Positions 42,368 to 54,429 of a stretch of 64,000 nucleotides of DNA are shown here, in pieces (within the stretch, counting starts at the first letter, position 1; every line of letters starts with the position of its first letter). This DNA comes from Eledone cirrhosa. Lineage: Eukaryota. The translations under genes were made by a program, and so were the position numbers. The notes below the pieces were generated by a model. The model was not told where the DNA came from. It searched no databases and worked only from the letters and a program-made list of their open reading frames with translations. The stretch covers positions 11,098,001 to 11,162,000 of the forward strand of contig OZ024747.1 in the NCBI GenBank assembly GCA_964016885.1, read 5' to 3'.

Positions 42368-43403
42368 GGTGTATATATATATATATATATATATATGTCT
42401 GTATGTGTGTATTTATATGTATATATATATCTGTGTGAGTGTGTGTATATATATATATATATATGTGTGTGTATGTCAGTAATATGTGGGTATTTAAGTT
42501 TGTGTGTGTGTGTTTTCATGTATGTGTGTACTGTGTGTTGCCGTGTTCTGTGTAGTAGGGGAGAAAGGGATGTTTAAAATGAGGGCCATTTACAAAGGTA
42601 ACTGCCAGAAGATAAATCTCGCTACGTCAGCGGGTCAATCCCTTGCTTCCCTCGCAACCAACAGCAATGATAGGAGAAATAAAATTCTTGCAAAGGCGAC
42701 CTCTTGACACCAAATGCCGGCAGTTTGAGTTGATAGCTAGGGCTGTATAGGTGTGTTTGTGTATTTATGAGGGAATGAGAGAGAAAGAGAGCGAGTGGGA
42801 GAGAAATAAAGAGAGTGAAGGGGAGAGAGAGAAAGAGGGAGAAAGGGAAAGAGAAGGGGGGGGTGGAGAAAAAGAGCGAGTGGAAGAAAAAAGAAAGAGA
42901 AAAAGAGTGGGGAACAGAGAGAGAAAGAGGAGAGAAAAAGATATTGTGGGAGAGAGAGAAAGAGAAAGATAGCTAGGAAAAGACAGAAAATAAGAGAGAG
43001 AGAGAGAGAGAGAGCAGGTGGGGGTAGAGGTGGTGGTAGATGCACCCGTGGTTTAATACCATCAGCACACAATGAATATTAAACTGCGCAGAAACAAGAA
43101 AGTTAAATAAATGTATTGGAAAGTTATGTTGACAGTCACCAAGTGATTAATGTCTAGAAGTTGTGATACATTCACCGTTAACCGCGATACGTGTATATCT
43201 TCGCGGTTATATAACAAATGGATAAGATTTTGGACTTCCTTCACGTAATGTAGGCGCTACCATAGCTGTGTGATTAAAATACCGGCTGTTCAATCACAGG
43301 AATCCAAGTTCGATTCTGTGCGGTACTTTGGGCAATTTATTGTCCTCTGTCGCAAATCTGTCGCAAATTTGACAGCAAATCTGTCCAAGTATCGGCCGCT
43401 CTC

Positions 43404-43907
43404 TGATCGGTTTGTGGTAGACCCTGTAGCAGTGGAGACTTCCGGCGTTCTTGGCCGCTCAGACCACATCCCTACTGATCGGTTTGTGGTAGACCCTGTA
43501 GCAGTGGAGACTTCCGGCGTTCTTGGCCGCTCAGACAACATCCCTACTGATCGGTTTGTGGTAGACCCTGTAGCAGTGGAGACTTCCGGCGTTCTTGGTC
43601 GCTCAGACAACATCCCTACTGATCGGTTTGTGGTAGACCCTGTAGCAGTGGAGACTTCCAGCGTTCTTGGTCGCTCAGACAACATCCCTACTGATCGGTT
43701 TGTGGTAGACCCTGTAGCAGTGGAGACTTCCGGCGTTCTTGGTCGCTCAGACAACATCCCTACTGATCGGTTTGTGGTAGACCCTGTAGCAGTGGAGACT
43801 TCCGGCGTTCTTGGCCGCTCAGACAACATCCCTACTGATCGGTTTGTGGTAGACCCTGTAGCAGTGGAGACTTCCGGCGTTCTTGGTCGCTCAGACAACA
43901 TCCCTAC
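43404..43907 (+). repeat. 72-bp minisatellite, 7 near-identical copies
   Basis: Unit TGATCGGTTTGTGGTAGACCCTGTAGCAGTGGAGACTTCCGGCGTTCTTGGYCGCTCAGACAACATCCCTAC. Confidence 0.97.
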
Positions 43908-45228
43908 TCACTAGTGGTGGTTATGATGATGATTGTGATTGTAATTGTGGTGGTGCTGCTGTTAGTGATAGTGTTGCTGATGATGATGGTGATGGTGGAG
44001 GGGTGGTGGTGGTGCTGTTGGAACGACATCAAGCAATCAAAAGTCCACACTTGTATTTACATCTCTGCTTACAGCAGTTACAATAAAACATTTGATTGGG
44101 GGCAGTCGCCATAAGCTGTCAACCTTTTCTATCAATATATGAGTGATTCTAACGTCTACTAGTTGGAATTAAGGAAAATTGGAATTCTTTCAAAGCCATT
44201 TACCATCTTTTATGTTATAAGATAAGTTGGCTAAGCTGATATTGAATGGAAATTTTTACTCGTAAACCTATCAAAGATCTTCGAATTTATCCAACGAAAT
44301 TCTTCTACGATAAGGTTATAGACATTTACTTAGCTGTTCCCAACTGTTCTACTCTCTCTGGCGATTACAAACAAGGAGTTTGTTTATTTTGTTTGTGATT
44401 TAATCGGAAAGAAGGAGAAATGGCTGTGCTGTTCGAAGGGCACCCAAAACTGATGAGATAAATATTGTTGATAATCAATTTGAAGATCTGTAAGTAGTTG
44501 TCAAGGGTCGTGAAGATATACAGATCTCACAAGACCAGTAGCAGGAAATGTGGCCTCTCTACAACTCACAAGAGACTAATACTAAAGAGTTCACTAGAAC
44601 CAGGTACTTGCTTAAACACAAAGAGCGAAGGGCTCAACAACTGTCCATACCACACCAAATAAATTTTAAAATGTTGGTCACTATTGCCATGACAGAAGCA
44701 TTGCATTTGGTCGGGTCAAGTTGTTCCTCCACTAATTTTGTTTTTAATATTTTAACCCCTTTGTTTTATAATCCCCACAAACATTTATACATTTTACTCT
44801 TTTTTGCTTTTGACCCTTCCCCACGACGACCTAAAGATGACCCCCTTATTAATGTGTCCTTCTTCTCATCCCAATCATTCATTTCCTCACTCTAGATGTT
44901 CTCCATATCGAACCATTTATTCTAACCAAGACTTTGTTAGGAATAACTTGGAATCTAATCATAGTTAAATATAACAGTATTATATTGTTACCATCCTTTT
45001 GACATAGATGCTACTGCTATCTAAACCCCCAACGTAATCTACCGTTTCCCCTGCCTCACAATGAAATAGTCTATAAACCTTTCTCCTAGACTTCTCCTCG
45101 TCATGATTCACGTTTACATCGTCCATTAAAGCGACATGATTCACGTTTCTCATATTTTTCCCGGTGAATATCCTTACTTAGATTTCTTTAAAATAATCGA
45201 CCGTGGAATTTGAACTATGAGCTATAAC

Positions 45229-45266
<38 letters not shown>

Positions 45267-45320
45267 TCCCTCTCTCACACACACACACTCCCCCCCCCCT
45301 CTCTCTCTCATACACACACA

Positions 45321-45422
<102 letters not shown>

Positions 45423-46248
45423 CTCTCTCTGTATGTTCTCTGTACGATGTTTCCCCTCCTACAAATTGCTGACCTTGTGCCTAAATTAGAAATCATTATT
45501 ATAATATTACAGCCTTTCATCCTTTCTGGAGTCAATAAAATAAAGTACCAGTAAAATACGTAGGTCAATCTAATAGTATACACCCCTTCCATCTGCCAAA
45601 TGATAGAAATAACTATTCTTTAAATATTAGAGAACAAAATATCAGATATACAGGATGTCCTCCAAAAATGTACGCACATATTTATTAGAATGCTGTTGAA
45701 GAGTGTATACATTTTTGAAGTATAAATTATACAATATTAGATATAAAATATAATTTTATTTTTAATTGTTAAAACATTAGATGTTATTCATGAATTCATA
45801 AATTGATTTTTTTAAATTCATTTTCTTTGAAAGTTCTCTTTAGAAATAGTTAGTCACAGAAAACATTATGGCTTTCTTATTATCCAGCAACTATCCACCC
45901 CTAGCAACTATCCACCCCTAACAACACCCCTGCATCATTTGTAAATCTTTTGTCCTATAATTGCCGAACTCGCATTATACGTTTCTTTTCTTTATTCTTA
46001 ACATTGCTGGGAGTGGAAGGGTTTCGCATGAGAGATGGGTGTTTAATTTCTTCTCCGTTTCACCAGTTCCACCCCTCTACCCATTTTAAATAGAAGAAAG
46101 AACTAAGATCTAAGAATTGATAGACAGCAAAAAGAAAATAAATGGGGAAATTTTGAAAAGAAAATAATTTTCAGCATTAACTGACAAAAGTCTGTTAAAT
46201 GAAAGTAGTTTGTAAATATGTAATTATAATATAAATGGTAGAAATAAT

Positions 46249-46456
46249 TGTTCCTACATTCGGTACAAAGCCGACAATTTGAAGGGAAGTGGGGGAAGTC
46301 GATTAAATTGACCCCAATGCGTTACTGGTATTTTATTTTATAAGTATGAAAGGCAAAGATAACCTCGGCGGGATTTGAACGCAGAATGTAAAAGGCCGTA
46401 ATTATATGCCGCAAAGCATTTTGTCCGACGCTCTACCGATACTGCCAATCCACCAT
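46249..46456 (-). mobile_element. SINE family A copy
   Basis: Reverse complement with head CGCTCTACCGATACTGCCAATCCACC. Confidence 0.75.
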
Positions 46457-46899
46457 TCCCTATAAATGACAGAAATAATGAAGCGGGGGAGGGGGGTGGG
46501 GGTAAATGCTTTTTACGTTTTGAGTTCGAATCCCGAGGTTGCTGACTTTACTTTTCAGGTTCGATATTTCTACGTTTTAATATAAAAACACTTTCCTAAT
46601 AATCATTGATGCTACAGATGTTTCAGTAATGACAATGTCAAACTTGATTTTGTTCGTAGAGAGAAACCTTTTGTTGCCAACAGAGGTAGTAGCTCCCTGA
46701 TTTTTTCCATTCTCTTTTATCCTAGCTTTTCTTCTCTCAGAGCAATCTTCCCCACTGCTAATTAAATCACCTAGGTATCAGAAGTTATCAGCTACTTCTA
46801 TGGGTCCATTCTGGAATTGGAAAAATGCACCTTCATTTTTGCAATATGCATAACCCACATCAATAAAACAAACTAGCCAACAACTCCACAGACACACTC

Positions 46900-47260
46900 C
46901 TAATGTACAACTGTAACTACAAACTCGATGGTCTATGTCTAGCAAATGTGTTGCATATCAAGTGGATGTCACCAATGAAAACAGTCATACAACTAATTCT
47001 TACCATGACCAAACCGAAAAATAATTAAATACAGGTTTCATAAACATACACACTCTGATGAGACTCCAGCTTGGCCAGCTACATGTGGAAATTCAAAGAG
47101 CAACCAATATCAGTTGCAGTGTTAGATAAAGAATGATAGGTCGTGTGAAAACCTACGAACAAATTATACATAGAGAAGAGGCTGGAAATATTACTCCACT
47201 TTGGACCAACACTGAAGTCTAAACCAGAACTAGCCTCATCCTCTTCAGAAACATAAGAGA
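46900..47260 (+). mobile_element. Degenerate Penelope-like GIY-YIG endonuclease remnant (older, different family)
   Basis: A frameshifted translation CN..LDGLCLA/CVAYQVDVT...SYHDQTE...SSLASYMWKFKEQ...EKRLEI follows the PLE pattern CPL.G.CL...V.Y.A.V...YIG.TE...T.LS.YIW.LK. Confidence 0.55.
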
Positions 47261-47719
47261 GTCAAGCAACATTTCACATCCTTGACAACTATGATATATC
47301 CCGATTGTCCACCCATGCTTATTCCCTCTCTAACAGCAAACTAAAAAAATACCATTGCCTCTATACTACCTTATGCTCTTTGACTTGCATGCCAACTCAC
47401 CAGATCCCTCTTCATGAACATACTAGAAACGTGTACCCTGTTTATACATACAGCCCCGCGGTTCGTTACATGAATTTGTTTTTACTTTGTTTTGTTTTGT
47501 TGTTGTTGTTTTCTAATTTCTTTTTACCTGATTTTTATATTGTTTACCTAGTTTATTTTATTAACCATTTGCAACACTTGCTTCAGTAAACAGACCCACA
47601 TCATGATCATCCACCAATCAGGTGAACACAGAAGCCATATTGACTTTTTATTTGTCACAAAACAAAATAGGCAGACGGTTATGAATAAGTCCTTCTCCGA
47701 AGAAGAATGCACGTCACAA

Positions 47720-49928
47720 GATAAGTTAGTTGTTAGATATATTAGGATAGGCACAGGCAGAACAAGTAAGGCATGAATATCTGGAGAAAGAGAGTAAGTT
47801 AAAGGACCTCCTGTTAAATATAGGTTCAGAAAAGCCCCATGTGATGCATATGACAAGATGGAAGAAGAGTTAGATACATATGATATAGAGGACAATTGGA
47901 GGTTTCTACGAGGCAACTCACTGCAGATTAGCGACCAGACAAAGTATGACTTGATTATGGAACCGCACTGCAGGTAGAATTGTTACAGTTAAGAGACAAA
48001 CATAGAAAGATTATAAATATATAGACAACAAAGACCAATACCAGGTAGCTGGACGACAGGTATACACAGCATGCAAAGAAGCCGAAAGCAGAAGGTTTAC
48101 CAATGTCTTGAGGCGTGAGGTGTTCTACATTACAAAGCAGTGTCAGTGAAAACCAGGACGTTGTTGACGAAAAGTGTGTTCAAAATGACGCCGATGCAGT
48201 TAGCATCGGCGTCATTTTGACATGCTACTGTGAAAGGTTGATGAATGTTGAGAATAAGTGGGAGAAAGAGAGACCCCCTCCCCAACCGACCCAACAGAAG
48301 GAACAGCCAGTTCCTGGGTGAAAGAAGCAATTAAGTCGGTGTAAAATGGTAAATTCATTGGTCCGTCAGAGATAGAAGCTGAGATTTTGTGAAGGCTTCT
48401 GGGGAAGTAGGAGTCGAAGTAGTCTCCCACATAATCAACCAGATAATACATGATGGATCACACCTAGTGACTGACGTAGCCGTATACTCATTCATTGCTA
48501 CAAGAGAAAAGGAAACGTACTAAAAAGGAATAACTACAGAGGCATAAAACTAATGTATCAAGTTATGAAAATGACAGAAACACTTTGAGCGCAGCTAATT
48601 AGGGAAAGAATCAAATTAGATGAGATACAGTTTGGTTTTGTGCTAAGAAGGATTACCACAGATGTTCTCTTCCTAATGAGACAACTACGAAAAAAGTTCC
48701 TAGCTACGAGTAAGCCTCTATATCTAGCATTCGTGGATCTGGAAAAAAGCTTTTGACGAGTACCTCGATCTATTATCTGGTAGTCCTTAAGGAAAGTAGG
48801 TGTAGAAGAATGGCTTGTGAGAACAGTGCAAGTGATCTACAGAGGAGCTGTCAGTAAAGTGAAGGTAGATAATGAATTTAGTGAGGAATTCAGTGTGCAG
48901 ATAGGTGTTCATCGCGGTTCAGCCCTCAGCCCATTCCTGTTTATTATAATTCTCCAGATGATAACGAAGGAGTTTAAGACTGATTGTCCATGAGAACTTC
49001 TGTATTCCAGCTTTGGAAAGAGAATCTAGAATCAAAAGGGCTAAGAGTGAACTTGGGAAAAATTAAAGTTTTATTAAGTAGTAAAGAAGACAAGACTCTG
49101 GCCCTATTAGGGAAGTGGTCTTGCTTGACATGTATAAAATAAGTAGGTTGAAACACATTAGGACTTACTCGATGTAAATTGTGGATGCATAAGAGGCGAG
49201 ATGGGATAGATGGCCGACTGAAAATGTCGACATTTTATGCAACAAATACCCAGGAATGGTTGGTAGTAAGAGCATCAGTGAAACATTTTCCAATCCCTGG
49301 AAGAACCCATAGAAGTGGCTGATAGGTCCTGCTACCTAGGTGATTTAATTAGTTGTGGAGGAGGCTGCTCTGAGAGCAGAAAAGCTAGAATAACAACAGA
49401 ATGAAAAGGATCAGGGAGCTACTATCTCTGTTGGCAACAAAAGGTTTCTCTTTACGAACAAAATGTCAGCTGTATCATGTCTATGGGAGGATGTGTGATG
49501 TTTTCATGCTAGTGAGATGTACAGTGAATTGCAGAGGACATGTGGAGGCTGGAAAGAAATGAAGCAAGGGAGTTTCGATAGATGTGCAATGTTAATATAC
49601 GTGAACAACAAAGTATGAATGAACTAAGTGTAAAACTGGGTATAAGAGGAATTAGATGTAGTGTACAGGGAAAAAAGTGCGTTGATATAGGCATGTGAGG
49701 CGTATGGATAAGGACCGTTGGATGAAGAATGGCCGAGATATTCCAGTAGAAGGAAGCTGCAGAAGTGGGAGACCAATGAAGATTTGGACAGAGGTTGGGA
49801 GAGCTGATCTCAAGTCACTGAAGCACATTGAGATGATGAAGGACCGTGATAAATGGAAGGATACTGTGATGAACAAGACTCGTTCAACCCATGCAAACAT
49901 GGCAAAACGGACATGAAACGATGATGAT
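47720..49928 (+). mobile_element. RTE-type LINE remnant, more decayed, with (GAT)n 3' tail
   Basis: Motifs include NYRGIKL, IQFGFV, LYLAFVDLEK, GVHRGSALSP, CYLGD and GRPMKIW...DRDKWK. The YADD segment is deleted. It ends CCCATGCAAACATGG...AAACGATGATGATG. Confidence 0.88.
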
Positions 49929-50025
49929 GCATATATATAAATGTATACATGTGTATATATATGTGTGTATGTGTGTGCGTATGTATGTTTGTGTGTGTGT
50001 GTGTGATTCATCAACAGAACTGCCT

Positions 50026-50285
50026 GCGCATGAAATTAACATGTAAGTATCTGAGCATTCTACAGACGCGTGTACCCTTAACGACCCATAACGTAGTTCT
50101 CAGGAAGATTCAGCATGATACAGTGTGTGACAAGGCGGACCCCTTGAATTACAGATACAACTCATTTTTCCAGCTGAGTGGACTGAAACAATGTGAAGTA
50201 AAGTGTCTTGCTCAAGGACATAATGCACCACCCAGTTTTACGATCGTGAGCCGAACACCTTAACCACTAAGCCACACACTTACAG
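50026..50285 (-). mobile_element. tRNA-headed SINE, family B (partial + strand copy ~54040-54150)
   Basis: The minus strand reads GTGGCTTAGTGGTTAAGGTGTTCGGCTCACGATCG...TGTCCTTGAGCAAGACACTT...GCCTTGTCACAC...GAACTACGTTA. The latter part recurs at 54055-54145. Confidence 0.65.
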
Positions 50286-50404
50286 CTACATGCATCATAG
50301 ATAGATAGATAGATAGATACGTACGTACATACATACATACATACATACATACATACATACATACATACATACATACATACATACATACATACATACATAC
50401 ATAC

Positions 50405-51013
50405 ATGGTGGCTGCCAACTCGTTTTCGAGTACGGCCACTACTTTATATCCATGTAGGAGAACCCCTACCGATGCGCTGAACGAGTGTGACTTTTTAGTC
50501 CAGCCAGCGACTTGAAAACTCTGGTACAAACACTACACTTGTGACAATTACTGACACATAGTGCTGGGCCCATGGTACCATGTGACGACAAGTGCAGAGA
50601 GATCTCCAGATATAAAGCAATGCCTGTGCCGTGAAGCTTTTATAGTGAGCAAAGGCACTGCACAAAGCCAGTCCCACTCTCTTAACCAAGATGATATTTA
50701 CCAAAAAGAAGAACAAGTCAACATCATTGGATACCATCAGGGTTGCAGGTGTTATATCAGAGTTTTCCTTCTCCTAGAATTCTGCCTTGACAAAGGCTAA
50801 GGGGTCATCTCTCCCGGTGATTTGGGATGGCCATTGACTCTTAAGAGCTCCTTTGCTCTTTGACAGGTTTTGTTTTTAGTCCTGCAGGATGTCCAAAGTC
50901 ACCCTCCTCACCAAGAAACCTTGGTGAGGTTGCCAGTTTAGTCGCCAACAACCCGACCATGGGACAGGTTGAACTGGAATACATGTTACCAGTAGCACCA
51001 ACTGTTGACCTGA
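50405..51013 (-). mobile_element. Short internally deleted RTE-derived element flanked by (ATGT)n
   Basis: The 5' part (51013-50745) is homologous to 10578-10810. The 3' part encodes CSVCTRVFKSLAGLKSHTRSAHR* (an RTE C-terminal C2H2-type finger), followed by an (ATGT)n tail. Confidence 0.6.
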
Positions 51014-51030
51014 CATACATACATACATAC

Positions 51031-51265
51031 ATGATGGCTGCCAACTCGTTTTCAAGTACGGCCACTACTTTATATCCATGTAGGAGAACCCCTACCGATG
51101 CGCTGAACGAGTGTGACTTTTTAGTCCAGCCAGCAACTTGAAAACTCTGGTACAAACACTACACTTGTGACACTTATTGACACATAGTGCTGGGCCCATG
51201 GTACCCTGTGATGACAAATGCAGAGAGATCTCCAGATATAAAGCAGTGCCTGTGCCGTGAAGCTT
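51031..51265 (-). mobile_element. Second, 5'-truncated tandem copy of the same RTE-derived 3' end
   Basis: A direct repeat of about 235 bp of 50405-50639, bounded on both sides by (CATA)n. Confidence 0.7.
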
Positions 51266-51799
51266 CTATACATACATACATACATACATACATACATACA
51301 TACATACATACATACATACATACATACATACATACGTACCTGCGTATGTTGTGAGTGTGCGTATGTAAGTGTGTGTGTGTCTGTGTCTGTGTGTATGTGC
51401 CTGTCTGTGTGTAAGTGTGTGCGTTTATCTGTGTGTGTCTATATGTAAGTTTGTGTGTGTGTGTCAGTTTCTCTCTCTCTCTCTCTCTGTAAGTGTGCGT
51501 GTAAGTGCGTGTGTGTAAGTGTGTTCGTGTGTTAGTCTGTGTGTGTGTGTGTCAGTCTGTGTGTGTATGTCTGTAAGTGTGTGTATGTTAGTCTGTGTGT
51601 GTATGTGTGTGTGTGTGTGTAAGTGTAAGTGTGTCAGTATGTGTGTGTGTGTAAGTGTAAGTGTGTAAGTATGTGTGTGTGTAAATGTGTGATTACGAAA
51701 GACTACGCGATATGTAAACAATGTATATTAACATAACTGACGTTAACCTTCCAAGGGAGGTTACTCTCATTGGAAAAAAAATAAACAAATAAATTTTTG

Positions 51800-51832
51800 A
51801 ACGTGACGTGAAAAAATTATAAGAAAATGGCG
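51800..51832 (+). promoter_or_regulatory. Proximal promoter motifs of GADD45GIP1 (CRE-like ACGTGACGTG; YY1-like AAAATGGCG over the ATG)
   Basis: The motifs are read directly from the sequence; their function is inferred only. Confidence 0.3.
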
Positions 51833-52278
51833 TCTCTCCCTGGTCGACTTTTCCATGCGGTCAAAGGAGACATAAGGAGCTTGCAATTTAAGCAGGTGCG
51901 GTTACCTGACTGTTCTCTATTTCGTTACAGTACTGAAGCAACATCCGAACCTCGTTTATTGGATGACGAAATAGATACCGATGAACTAAATCGGATTCGC
52001 GATGTATCTCGACTTTCTCCCATTCTTAAAGCCAAAATCAACAATGAATTTCCTCCGAATTTCGGTGAAAGAGAATCTGATAATAAAAGGCATTATCGCA
52101 GACGATTGTTTGCTAAATTTGGGAGTAGTTCTAACCTCGACCCGGCTAGTATGTGGCCATCAAAAGCAGAAATGCGAGAACTAATTGAAGAACAAGCAAA
52201 ATATGAGGTACCGGTTCATGTGATGTTAGACAAATTGAAGGCAGAAAAAGATGCACAAGAAGAGAAAGTAAAATTAAG
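51827..52278 (+). CDS. GADD45GIP1: GADD45GIP1/CRIF1 (mitoribosomal protein mL64) exon 1
   Basis: ATG at 51827 opens an Arg/Ser/Leu-rich presequence-like N-terminus. The motif YRRRLFAKFGSSSNLDPASMWPSKAEM resembles the CRIF1 signature (Y..K.F..YG..SGV.P..LWP). The donor AG|GTAATT is at 52278/52279 (phase 2). Confidence 0.88.
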
Positions 52279-52687
52279 GTAATTAAAATTTACTTTTATT
52301 ATTAAAATTAATCTTTTATTACAGAAATCTTGGTGTTGTTGTTTTGTTCCATGTCACCTCTCAATATTCAGGTTTATCTCATTCGTTCGATTCTGCCTTT
52401 TATATTTTATCTTTATATATCGAGGACTGTGTTGTCGAATGTGTCCTTTCTCTTAAGATAATAATAAATAAAACATGATAGGTTGAGATTCGAGGGAGAT
52501 GTTGATGTTTGTTTAAACAGTTCGAACGACCACATAATGTCACTCCCGATGGCTTGCTTTATTTTCATATTTAGCGACAATAAAAATAGAATAAACTTGG
52601 TTTGACGAATTGAAACCATGTGAAGTCATGACTGAAAATAATCATCTGCATGCATCACCAACTTAATTATACATTTTTATTGGCAAT

Positions 52688-52790
<103 letters not shown>

Positions 52791-52902
52791 GAGAGAGAGA
52801 GAGAGAGGTGCATATTCAATGTCTATAATAAACATATAAGTCTCGCTATGTGATTATGTCACAACTACCTCAGTAGCCAAGTAAAGGTTTACTCACTCAG
52901 TA

Positions 52903-52948
<46 letters not shown>

Positions 52949-54429
52949 CACACTTTGACTGATATTAGTCATTCCCCTAGTTAAAAAGATTACTACAGTT
53001 TGAATTACTACTGTGTAATTTTATGTCTTAACACTTGAGTCGGTAATTTATAATAAAATATGTTGTGGGGCTCACATTACTACATGCAGGGAAGAATAAG
53101 GGTGAGCTTCATCACACATTTTTTAGTTGATATCTAATAATATTTGCGTTAACATTTTAGTAATTAATTTACGATTCCTGTGTTGTTTTGCCAAAGGTCA
53201 CTCCTGAGTGAAACAGGTGTACGGTGAAAGATGTTGTATTAGTGTCAATTTCAACTTCTCATGAGACACAATGCATAGATGACCATTTACTTCAAAGTAT
53301 CGTCCATGTAAGACAAAGGGTATGGAAAATTGGCTGCTATTTCTAGCAGGTACAACGACCTCATAAAGGGTCTTTCAGTCACTTTGATCTTGTATCGGTG
53401 TTCACACACGATTACACTTAAGTCCTGTTTACACAATCCTGGGTTTATATAATTTATTTTTAATATTTCATAATCTATTATAAATTGCTTCTTTTAAACG
53501 TATTAAAACGAATTACCGCTGCTAACGATATGCGGTTAATTTCATGTGCAGTCAGGTGGTTCTTTGAGAAATTTAAATCGACATATTAACCGTTAGTATA
53601 TAAACATTAATTTATATCACTACTTAGTGTCTAAGCCACCAATTTATAAAATCTGTTATAATAGAATGGTTTTTATTCAATTTAAATCTCCCCCCCAAAT
53701 ATTGACCTTGGTTTCTTCTATTGACCCAGTTTTAACGAGGTTACTATAAAGCTGTGTGTATACATATATATATTTATATATGTTACTGGGCCATGACAAT
53801 CCACTTTTCTCAAATAAAAAGATTTGAGGTAAAGGGAAGTAATCCATCACTACTAAACCTCACTTCACACTAACAGAAATACCGAACCCCGGCTCTTATA
53901 AGCGGGGTTGGGGTCGGTAATTGTATAGTGTACGTTGTCATATATAATGTTTTTTTAATGTAAAATAAAATCTGAACGGCGACTGGTTGCTGACAAACCC
54001 CAGTATTTGCTTAATTTAATAGACTCAACCACTTGTTTTGTAATTCAAAAAGCCAGCCTTGTCACACACCATATCACATTAAATTTCCCTGTGAACTACG
54101 TTAAGAGTACTCGTGTCTGTGGAATGCTCAGCCACTTACATATTAATCAAACAACTGAAACACTTATCGAAACCAATTGAGGTCCATTCGATTCCCTCCT
54201 CATTGAGGCTTTAATTCACTAAACTTGTCACTATCCTATCTCATGTCTTTATTAATGATGGTATGTATGGGTCAGCAGAAGAGACCTAATGTGTTCACTT
54301 AACACAATGTCACCACGACTAAGCAGTATCTTTTAAAAGCCTCTTTGTCAAACTAATCAAGTTGACTGAGGTTCAGAAGTGTTTCACCTATGAGCTTCAG
54401 GTCTTTTTGTTTAGAAATACTATATAGTT

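Noticed and set aside
45649-45717. Tiny Tc1/mariner-type MITE (TACAGGATGTCC...AAAAATGTAC / GTATACATTTTTG)
   Set aside because: The right terminus is incomplete and there is only one copy in the window, so it is suggestive only.
47055-47075. CTGATGAG as another hammerhead core (also ~283-290 on the minus strand and ~44451)
   Set aside because: There is no stem II followed by GAAA. The 47055 instance lies within the decayed endonuclease coding sequence.
50930-51013. HDV-like or twister ribozyme at the 5' end of the RTE-derived element
   Set aside because: Some pairings exist (GTCAACA/TGTTGGC, CCAGTT/AACTGG), but the loop lengths and core do not fit either consensus cleanly and are poorly kept in the 10578 copy.
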